From Octopus bimaculoides (lineage: Eukaryota), in NCBI RefSeq assembly GCF_001194135.2, contig NC_068987.1, positions 100,793,030 to 100,857,029 of the forward strand: a stretch of 64,000 bases of DNA. Direction: 5' to 3'. Position 1 is the stretch's first letter. Every line of letters starts with the position of its first letter. The translations under genes and the position numbers were made by a program. This document shows, one piece after another, positions 53,691-64,000 of this stretch. Under the pieces are notes generated by a model. It ran no database searches. It was not told where the DNA came from and worked only from the letters and a program-made list of their open reading frames with translations.

Positions 53691-53986
53691 GATTCAGATG
53701 CATCGAAAGAAGTGTGAGCCACGAATAAAGCTTCACACAGTCCTAAAATTAAAAGTTACATATTGTGGTAATGCATTTCTAAACACCATACCTTACGCCT
53801 TCAGGAAAAAGAAAAATAGTTTCATTGGTCATAGCTAGTATGTCTTAATCATAACATATACTGGATCAGGCTTGACATGGACTACAAAAGAACGACCAAT
53901 ATAAAAACAACAATAAAATTAAGTAAATAAGAAGATTAAGAGACTTTCTTTAGTTTTCTCAACCTCAAGTATCCATAAGTAATTTT

Positions 53987-54042
<56 letters not shown>

Positions 54043-54429
54043 ATATAGGGAACTTTCTATTTGTGGTTGCGTCTGTATATTATAATCTGATAACGTCATT
54101 CGGCACAATATATGCAGCTATCGTTTTTATAAATCTAGGAATATTCAGCAGATGAAAGCTGAGAGTAATACCAACAGTCATTCTGCTATGTTTTAGTTTT
54201 TGCAATAACATTGTGCCAGTCAGTAATCCGATCAATAATCTCGAACCTTATATGCTTGTATATAAAGTCGATTCGTAAAACTAGTTGTGTTATATCACAA
54301 CATTCGTATTGAAGATAAGAATTTAAAGTATAACATTTCACATGCATATATTTTAAAAAAATATAAACACGCAAATATACCGACGAAAGTCCCGCTCACA
54401 CATGCTCATAGATGCAAAATGCATACATT

Positions 54430-54460
<31 letters not shown>

Positions 54461-54649
54461 NNNNNNNNNNNNNNNNNNNNNNNNNNNNNNNNNNNNNNNN
54501 NNNNNNNNNNNNNNNNNNNNNNNNNNNNNNNNNNNNNNNNNNNNNNNNNNNNNNNNNNNNNNNNNNNNNNNNNNNNNNNNNNNNNNNNNNNNNNNNNNNN
54601 NNNNNNNNNNNNNNNNNNNNNNNNNNNNTTTGCCCCCACTGCACTATAC

Positions 54650-54960
54650 TGGTTCCATACCCTATTGAGCAATATCAAATGCATTCATCTGTCCAGAAAA
54701 ACTCTCCAAGCTTTCCTGTCATTTATAAACTTACTTTCTCACTCCAATACCTCTAACCACCAAAGTTTTCCTCAATCCGGCCATCTACACAAACCGAATT
54801 CTGTCTCTGGTTCTACTGCCTACCACTTCTGCTGCCTACCACTTCTGCTGCCTACGACTCCTTACCATCCGTTCGTCATCTATCCCCTCCATGTGGTCAA
54901 ACTACCTCAACATTCGTCTATCCATATACCAGGACTATTAATTATATACGCTCACATTTT
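54650..54960 (-). mobile_element. RTE-clade LINE 3' remnant
   Basis: RRMLR*FDHMEGIDDERMV..AEVVGSRTRDRIRF..GLRKTL..RGIGVR resembles the RTE 'LRWFGHVERM..RGRP..W' tail. Confidence 0.55.
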
Positions 54961-55707
54961 TTGCGGATGAGCAAGTGTACTCGCACCATGCAGCTTCCCC
55001 GAGGGCGTTTATACATCCATATTTGTTAACGGTTATTTTTAATACTTTTTTTGCTGGATTGCGTGTTCGTTTCTCTTTTTTCCTATCCGTGATTATATTT
55101 TTGATCTTCTATATCAATGAAGATATTTCCTCCGTCTGGTGGTTTTTCTTTCTACAAAACGAGAAGTTACATTGCGGAACTCTTATTTTAATGAGTTGTA
55201 TATATTCATCCCCGACGCGACATATCTGCACCACCGGATGTTCTTGAACCAGTTGTTGAAGTCTCAAACATGAGGGATCGATGCTAGATGTGTCGAAACA
55301 ATTGTCGTTTTTAATAATAAATTCTCGTATATTCCATCTTTAGTCTTTCATTTTCCATATATATATATANNNNNNNNNNNNNNNNNNNNNNNNNNNNNNN
55401 NNNNNNNNNNNNNNNNNNNNNNNNNNNNNNNNNNNNNNNNNNNNNNNNNNNNNNNNNNNNNNNNNNNNNNNNNNNNNNNNNNNNNNNNNNNNNNNNNNNN
55501 NNNNNNNNNNNNNNNNNNNNNNNNNNNNNNNNNNNNNNNNNNNNNNNNNNNNNNNNNNNNNNNNNNNNNNNNNNNNNNNNNNNNNNNNNNNNNNNNNNNN
55601 NNNNNNNNNNNNNNNNNNNNNNNNNNNNNNNNNNNNNNNNNNNNNNNNNNNNNNNNNNNNNNNNNNNNNNNNNNNNNNNNNNNNNNNNNNNNNNNNNNNN
55701 NNNATAC

Positions 55708-55748
<41 letters not shown>

Positions 55749-55959
55749 GATGGCAGAAGTAAGTAGACACACTTATAATCATTAAAATTTGTTTTAATCT
55801 GAAATTATACATTTAAATTATTTATTAATTTTTATAATGCGAATGGTTAATATTTAGTAGACACGCAAGGACCCTATTAGGCTTGTAACCGATCAGATGA
55901 CAAATATACTCTTGGAGAATTCCTTGGCAAATTTCATGCAATAATCTCATAAGATCTGG

Positions 55960-56830
55960 CTTTGAAGATGCATTCATTTAATGAAGTGTCTTGCCCATTA
56001 TGTACTAGAGATGTTCAATAGGGTCCATATATGGTAACTGACGTGGCTATGAAAGTTTTTTTAATGCCATTCTCATATAACAAATCTAGGATCATTGTAG
56101 CTGTGTGACATGGAGTTCCATGTTCCATAAATAAAGAGCCTACTTTAATTATTTTACCACTGGAGAAGATTTGTAGGAGTTCCTTCCGCAATAGGGACAC
56201 ATATATATCTGAGTTTATGTTTCCATCACACCCCACCAGCTCTGATCAACCATTACGCCAAATTATTCCCCAGACCATCACAGAACAGCTGCCGTGTTTC
56301 ATTGTTGGTTGCAATCGTGTCACATCAAATTCTTGACAACAGTCTCCATACCCACACTCAATCACTGTCAAGAAATACAGCAAATTTGGATTCATCAGAG
56401 AATATGACAGTGTCCCAAAATTCTAGTGTCCTCTCTACCATCTCACTGGTTCAAACTTTTTCCCACTTGATGTTGGCTGGTCGAAGAAGTGGCTTCCTTC
56501 CTGCTACTCTGCCATAGTAACCAAGTTTGTGGAGATACCTGACAGCTGTTCTTCAACTTGTTCTGCCTTGCAACGAGGATCATACTCCATACTTCTCTTA
56601 ACAAAGAGAAAGATCTTGTCAGTGAGCCGTGGTTGACGTGAGTGAGATTATGTGGACTCCTCCTCTCTGGTGAGTTGAACAATCACTCTATTAACTGTAG
56701 AAAGCAGGATCCCAAAGCTTTTTGCGATTTTATTCTGATTATGTCGACCTTCAGAATGACCCACAATATGGCTTCTTTGAAATTCAGATAGTTCCAAGAC
56801 TTATTTTGTACATGGCATGATTAAACAATC
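55960..56830 (-). mobile_element. Tc1 transposase remnant (same family as 35746-36680)
   Basis: [28 protein letters not shown]; [16 protein letters not shown]; [16 protein letters not shown]; FMEHGTPCHTA; DPIEHL. Confidence 0.88.
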
Positions 56831-56965
56831 ACATATAGAACCTGATTCATAAAAATTTCAATTAATATAAAACATAAACCTCTCCAAGTTAGAATATACA
56901 AAAAACGATGTTTTATATAGTGTCTATTTACTTTTGTCATGTCTGTGCACGTACGCACGCATACG

Positions 56966-57017
<52 letters not shown>

Positions 57018-57179
57018 NNNNNNNNNNNNNNNNNNNNNNNNNNNNNNNNNNNNNNNNNNNNNNNNNNNNNNNNNNNNNNNNNNNNNNNNNNNNNNNNNNN
57101 NNNNNNNNNNNNNNNNNNNNNNNNNNNNNNNNNNNNNNNNNNNNNNNNNNNNNNNNNNNNNNNNNNNNNNNTATATATA

Positions 57180-57343
57180 TATATAGGACAGTCTTCTTTC
57201 AGTTTCCGTGTATCAAATCCACTCACAAGGGTTTGGTCGCCCCTAGGCTAGAGTAGAAAACACTTGCCCAAGGTGCTACACAGTGGGACTGAATCCGGAA
57301 CCATGCGGTTGGGAAGCAAGCTTCTTACCATACAGCCACGCCT
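57180..57343 (-). mobile_element. tRNA-derived SINE (third family), 5' half
   Basis: Minus strand: aggcgtggctgtatggtaagaagcttgcttcccaaccgcatggttccggattcagtcccactgtgtagcaccttgggcaagtg. Confidence 0.9.
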
Positions 57344-58282
57344 ACCAGATATAACAATTGTACACTGACAATAGTTTTTTTCGTTCTTAATTCTTGTTTC
57401 AATCTTTGGACTACGACCGTTTTGTGGCACCATATTAAATGGCATCAGTCAAACTAATTGACCTACTGCTACATTATGCAGTTCCACCATCGTTGTTTTC
57501 TACACCCGATCACTTGCTGTTACAATAATAAAGCGGTATTCGATGTCTTCGATGAGGATGCTGTCGTTCTTCGACGTTAACGACGTGTGTGTACCTATCA
57601 GAAATACTATTTTACTGTTGGAACCTATCCGATCTGAGGATCAATGGCCCACTCTAGGCCTCCGACACTATAAGAAATTACCAACAGAATGTTATATGCG
57701 TGCGTATGTGTGTGCATTTGTGTGTTTGTGTACGTATATAATTACAGTAAACACTACACACTCTGTTCACCGAAACCGTCTCAATACACTAAATCTCTTT
57801 TTCTCTCCAACAACTCACTAAATGCTGCATCAGTTTTACAATAGGGAAAATAATACATTTTGATTGCCTTAACATCTCTAAGAGTAAATTTTGTATCTCT
57901 TACAAAGACCGAGCTTAGATCAAATAACATCATTGTAACACGAGGAATTTACTCCTGCATCATTTTGTTCAACACAATCACGATAGAAAATGACTACATA
58001 TCATTCATACTTCTTCCTAATAGTATCAGGTAAACCGCCGATAATTGGATACATTACAGCTAACGACTACATTATATAACATAGCTAACGACTCGAGTCA
58101 ACTATGTCATATAACAATATGCCTTAAATAGTTTCACGACTTGTTGCTACGGAGTTAAACTTGGCCAGAGTTACTACTATTATCTGAAACATTTATAGTT
58201 TATACTATATTTTATTTAGCCCATATCTTATATTTTAGCCCTCGGTTTATATTGTAGTTAATATCATATAGCAATTATTATA

Positions 58283-58680
58283 GACACAGGCGTAACAATG
58301 TAGTAAGAAGTTTGCTTTCTAATCAGTTTCGGCTTCAGTCCCATTGCATGACACTTTCAGCAAATATCTCTTACTATAGCCCAGGGGTGACCAAGACTTG
58401 TGGGCGGATTTGGTAGGCGAAAATGAAAGTAACCCTTCCTATGTATGTATGTGTCTGTGTATATTTGTTTGTTTGTGTGTGTGTGTCCCTCTGCGGCTTG
58501 TCAAACGGTGTTGGCTTGTTTACAACCCAAACCGGGCGACTCGGCATCTTATGACACATTAGAATAAGTACCAAGCCTAAAAATACACTACAGTGGGGTC
58601 GATTCGTTCAACTAAAGCCATTTAATGCGGTACGCCAAGATGGTTGCAGTCCAATGACTGAAAGAAATAGGAACGATAAA
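58283..58680 (+). mobile_element. Diverged full-length SINE (third family) with an internal (TG)n tract
   Basis: Homologous to the 57180 copy (cttcagtcccattgcatgacac..gatttggtaggcgaaaatgaaag), with tail cagtccaatgactgaaagaaata. Confidence 0.8.
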
Positions 58681-58682
58681 TA

Positions 58683-59122
58683 TATTTCTTTATTGCCCAC
58701 AAGGGCTAAACATAGAGGGGACAAACAAGGACATGCAAAGGGATTAAGTCGATTAGGTTGACCCCAGTGAGTAACTGGTACTATTTTATCGATCTCCGAA
58801 AGGATGAAAGGCAAAGTCGACCTCAGCGGAATTTGAACTCAGAATGTAACGGTAGACGCTAAGCATTTCGCCCGGCGTGCTAACATTTCTTATTTGTTTA
58901 CTGCCCACAAAGGGATAAGCATAGAGGGGACAAACAAGGAGAGACAAACGGATTAAGCCGACTATATCGACCTCAGTGCGTAACTGGTACTTATTTCACC
59001 GACCCCGAAAGGATGAAAGACAAAGTCGACCTCAGTGGAATTTGAACTCAGAACGTTGCGGCAGACGAAATACCGCTAAGCATTTTGCCCGGCGTACTAA
59101 CGCTTCTGCCAGCTAGCCGCCT
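58683..59122 (-). mobile_element. Head-to-tail SINE dimer (OK/OR-like)
   Basis: Two tandem copies (58683-58889 and 58890-59122) share ggatgaaag.caaagtcgacctcag.ggaatttgaactcagaa and the same tail. Confidence 0.9.
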
Positions 59123-60480
59123 TGAGAACGATAAAAATATTGTCAGAGTACTATTGTTACATCTGGTGGGTGGTAGGACTTTACTCTTCCTTTTATTCAT
59201 AAAATTTGTGATGGCGACATAGGCGGCGCCAAACTTTAGGCCCTTGTGCCTAGTGTAGAAAAGAATTTATGATGGTGACAGCTTCTCATATTGGACAAAT
59301 GTTTAGACCTCTGTGAGATTTGAAACCTGTCCGTGTAAGGAGAGGATTTTATTTCCACATGATTTATTGTTCTGACACTTTTATATTCATAATTGTAGAA
59401 GACCGTGCTTACTGCTATTTTATTTCATTTTGCGCTTCTAATTCATGTTATTGCAGTGAATAAACTCCCACATACCTAACACAAAATAAACCCTATTTAA
59501 AAGAGTTGCAGTTCCCAAAATTATTTTATGGCAACAAAGCTATTTTTATCCGATTTTTCAAAATATCATAGAAACAATACCAGTAATTTTTAAAGTTATC
59601 TACTATCACAAATTTTAATATTCCATTAAATGAAACAAAATATATGTTAATGAGACAATATTCTCGTATAAAAATCACATTATCACTTGTTTTGAAACTG
59701 GTAAATAGCATTTTTCCATAAAATAAAGTGGTATTTACTTTTTTTTTTTCATGACACTTTATCTCGCGAAATTCAGGATATTTTGTTTTTCAGGGAAACG
59801 TAGCATTCCATAGAATACAGTGGGTAAATCCTTGCACTAAGGCATCGAGGCATCTGTTGATTCGCATTACTGGAAGCGTCATGGAAAATTTCCCTTCTTG
59901 ATATCGAAATACACGATAAAACAAAGTAATGAATAAAGCTTCTCTTCTCCATTATGCTTTATGTTCGAGATCTTAAAAATAAACTTCTGATGAAGAACCT
60001 ATTATGACTGATGAGAACTATACTTCTTTGAACTACAAGAAAAGGGTTTTGTTTCAGTGATTACAATTCTGGATTGAAACAGTCTACACAGAGGGCCAAC
60101 AAAAATTTTGAACCGTCAACAATGTGCTCTAAATATGCCCCATATACCGCAGCAGGTTCTAGAATGAATAATTAAAGAAAACAACATGAAATTCAGTGTT
60201 GGTAAATGGTCAAGAACCGGATTTAGACGGTAATATTTCTCAACGCTACACCTAGTTTGAAATTAGGTCGTATGATTAGAAAAGCATTGTACAAAACAAA
60301 ACTTATAATCATAAAAAGGGCAAGAAATAGTTGGATACATTAAATCCTTAATTAGTAGTTTATACGTATTCGCGAATGCTCCCGGAACACTTAGATGAAG
60401 AAGGGTATAATTGTCATAACGATATGATCAATAAAAATAGGAAAATTATATTATATACAAACGTAACTGAGCCCGGACGG

Positions 60481-60512
<32 letters not shown>

Positions 60513-60604
60513 ACATAACATGAAACTATATTTCATTCTTACTATGCTATATTTTTCTTCACTCGTGTATTTGAATATTTTATATCTGTATTACCCTCGT
60601 TGCA

Positions 60605-60795
60605 AATATAGAAATAGTTGCCGTCATCACCACCAACATCATCATCATCATCACCACCACCATCACCACCACCACCATCATCATCATCGTCGATCATCAT
60701 CTTACTCAAGATAATCATAATCATCGTTAATACTTTTATCAGTATTGCTGTCGTTGTTGTTGGTGGTCATGGTCATGTTGATGATGATGATGTTG
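60605..60795. repeat. (CAC)/(CAT)/(GTT)/(GAT) triplet microsatellite cluster
   Basis: Direct observation. Confidence 0.9.
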
Positions 60796-61239
60796 TTGTT
60801 TTCAACATTCTGTCACTTTCACAAAATATCATTAAAATTACATCTGACTGGCTGAACTAAAAAGCTGAAGAAATGCTTGTCTTAACAATATATTTTTAAA
60901 GGTTAACTTCGAGTTTTTTTCAAAGAATAGATTTCTAATTTATATTTACATTTGTTTGTTTGTTCATATTCTTTTTCTTTTGTTGGGGAGGGGTGATATA
61001 TTTTTTCTGCGTGACTGTGTATTTCTTTCTTTATTTCTACTTAGCCATCTGCCCGTGATCAGTGAAAGTATGTTTCATTGAATTGTTGAATCCTCTTTCA
61101 ATATAACTATTTTATTTTATTCATTTCCTGTGTGTTTGAAATGTGATTGCCGTTTCGTTTCTTTTTATCTATTTTTTTTCTGCTTTTCTTTATACTTCTT
61201 CTTTTGTAATTCAGTTTAATCAAATTATGTTGCCCAGGC

Positions 61240-62345
61240 CAACTTTGCACTCACTGGTTGCCAATGATACCACAACTACTACGTGTGCCACCATCACCTC
61301 TACATGTATACCACTGCCACCATCGCCAGTGTTGGCCGCCAACTATTACTTTGCGAATTATCATCTCGCAGCAACTTCACAGTTACTACTACAACCGCCG
61401 ACATCTTCAAAATTGCCACCAAGTTCTATGTTGTCAACCTCACTTTCTCCCTCGCATCTACAACCCATAACAGAACCACCACCACCACCACCAGCGCCAG
61501 TCAAAGTAATACCACCACCATCATCTCCACCATCAGCATCAGAAATTTATCACTACTATCAGAGCAACATTAAGCTTTATCATTATTGACTTCCTGATTA
61601 CCATTATCTCAAACACGACTAACGCCACCGCCGCGAACAGAACCAGATATTCTACCACCGTAAACACCTCCACCTGCATAATTACTTCAGCTTCCGTCCT
61701 CACCATTATCACAGCCATCTCCGTGAGTTCAACTTCCACCACATAGAAGACACTTCCACAAGCGCAACCAGCCCGGCTACCAGCACCCACACCATTACAC
61801 TGACTAGTGTAGCAAATGTACAAATACCACCGCCTTCGCAAGCAGTTTCACCACCGCTATCATAATTACCCCTTCAAGAACAGCCATTGAGACCACACCA
61901 CAACCACCTCTCCAACCAGCACACTCATACTGACCGCCAACAATACTACGACGTCCACTACCGACAAAACACTATCGGATCCCCTTCTACTTCCAAGACC
62001 ACCACCACCATAACAAATACCTCCGGCATCCCACCACTACCGCCAATACTTACACCACTACCAATAATATCATCGCCAGCGCCACTATAGTAATCACTTC
62101 TAGCACCACCACCACCACCACCACCACCATTGCTGCAGTCCTCAGAGCAACCGATTTCAGAGCTACCATCAGCAATCCCACCATAACCGCGTCCTTCACC
62201 ACTGCCAAAACCACCATTATCATATCCACATCACTGCTATAACCTCTATAATAATCATCTCCACCAACGCAACCAATCACATACGTCCACCACCACCACC
62301 ACCACCAATACCACCAAAAGCAACAACAACAATACACAGCAAATA
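61240..62345. repeat. Cryptically simple ACC/ACT/ATC-rich tract
   Basis: About 1.1 kb, strongly C/A-rich and G-poor on +, with scattered (ACC)n runs. Confidence 0.8.
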
Positions 62346-62612
62346 ATCACAGCAAGTAATGAGTAAAGAGCGGCGAGTCAACAAGGTCACGGAACCGTTA
62401 CGAACAGCGTCCAAATCTGTTAAAACACACAAACTACGAAATTTAATACGATTAGGACAAATTAAATAAGATAATTCAACTTACTCCTAATAGCCACATC
62501 TGAAATGCATCAAATCAGAGGTTACTCGATGAGATTTAAATAGGGAATAAAAAATAACAGAAAACGAGCATTATAGAGTCATCTTCGCCATCTTAATATC
62601 ATTGGCATTGTG

Positions 62613-62827
62613 AAGGCGGCGAACTGGCAGTGTTATTAGAACACCGGTCAACATGCTTAGAGGCATTTCATCCGTCTTGCCGTTCTGAGTTCAAATTCCA
62701 CCAAAGTCGACTTTGCATTTCATCCTCGTGGGGTTGACAAAATAAATACCAGTTTAACACTAGGGGGGCGATCTAATCGACTTAACCCATCTCTCAAAAT
62801 TGCTGGCCGTGTGCCAACATTTGAAAC
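62613..62827 (+). mobile_element. tRNA-derived SINE (OK/OR-like)
   Basis: aaggcggcgaactggcag...ttctgagttcaaattccaccaaagtcgactttgcatttcatcc...ccaacatttgaaac. Confidence 0.88.
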
Positions 62828-63800
62828 TAATATTATTGGCATCGTTATATCATTATCATCAATACCCTCATCTTTATCGTTACCATCATGATCAACCTCA
62901 AATCATCATCATCAACAGCATCATCATCAACATCATCCTCATCATCATCATTCTCACAACATGTCATCTTCATCCTCATTACCTCATATTCATCACAACC
63001 ATCGTCAACAGCTCCACAAACACTGCATTAGCTCCTAACTATTGGTATTCCGCGATCTCCAAGAAATTAGAGATACATTTTTATCCAATAAAGCCCCATT
63101 TTTTAATCAAATAATTAACCATAGAACATAAACTCACACCGAATACAAATACAAAAAATGTTCGAAAGGTCACGACAACAATTTCGTCTGTTATATGCAT
63201 TCTTAACACAGAGAGATAACTTTCATAACTTATGAAAACTATTTAGAAAATGACACTGGCTACAATTCTACACGAATCAAATACGTCTCTAAACACCTTT
63301 AAAGTACGCACAGAAACATTAAAAGAACAATGTATATAAAAATTCCAGAAATTAGACTTCGCAATATTACTAATACCGACACCAACTTTGATAAAATCAT
63401 GAAACAAAGATTCACACCCAATATACTGACGCAATCAATGGTTCGCAGAAGAAAGAAAATTTGTAAACATAAATTAAAAAATATATAAACATAAATTCAA
63501 AAATATATAAACTGTTCCATAAAATACTTAATGGCATTAAAATCACTTTTATAGAACTAACAGATTGCATCCGTAATACCAAATATACACTTTTCCTAAA
63601 TATACATTAACAATACTACTTAAGCCCTTTTATTACAGCGTTGTTATAACATAGATAAGACTTTGCATTGAATATAAAGTATTGCCAATAGCATTTGTAA
63701 ATGTATGGTGTACTATCACTCAACGAGAAATATCAGCTTTGTAAATATAAATAACAATAATGAACATATATGGATAAATAGATAGGTAGGTAGATTGATC

Positions 63801-63870
<70 letters not shown>
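63801..63870. repeat. (GATA)n microsatellite
   Basis: Pure run. Confidence 0.98.
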
Positions 63871-64000
63871 CATCCGTGACGACCTCACACCCCAGGTCTT
63901 ACTGTCATACTCAAATTCGGTATGCGACACCCTAGTTGTATACATAAGACAACATAATATAGTCATATGCAATACATATTGCCCACCGGATGCGCCAAAC

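Noticed and set aside
59980-60060. Two ctgatga motifs
   Set aside because: No GAAA with paired helices downstream.
63120-63480. Open frames on both strands
   Set aside because: No homology recognisable; internal stop on +.

Overview
AT-rich eukaryotic (animal) genomic DNA from a gapped short-read assembly. Most N runs abut microsatellites. The SINE families and the saturation with (TA)n, (TG)n, (ATT)n and (CAT)n repeats suggest a coleoid cephalopod, probably Octopus; this is inference from recalled repeat families, not a database match. I recognise no intact host gene, rRNA, tRNA gene or CRISPR array. The window is a transposon graveyard: about ten decayed R4/Dong-clade LINE pieces (REL endonuclease), a 4 kb GC-rich L1/Tx1-clade LINE with ORF1, endonuclease and RT, two Penelope GIY-YIG remnants, one RTE tail, one piggyBac remnant, five Tc1/mariner remnants (one with both TIRs and TA target duplications), and about ten tRNA-derived SINEs. 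All recognisable TE ORFs are broken. I found no convincing novel multi-gene system. The most unusual signals are non-coding: a ~270 bp fold-back whose two arms each carry a hammerhead-ribozyme-like core (1198-1470), other hammerhead relics near Penelope remnants, a G-U-biased long hairpin (50460-50567), and repeated coupling of R4/Dong ends to (TAA)n-type microsatellites. Boundaries of decayed elements are approximate, and all alignments were done by eye.
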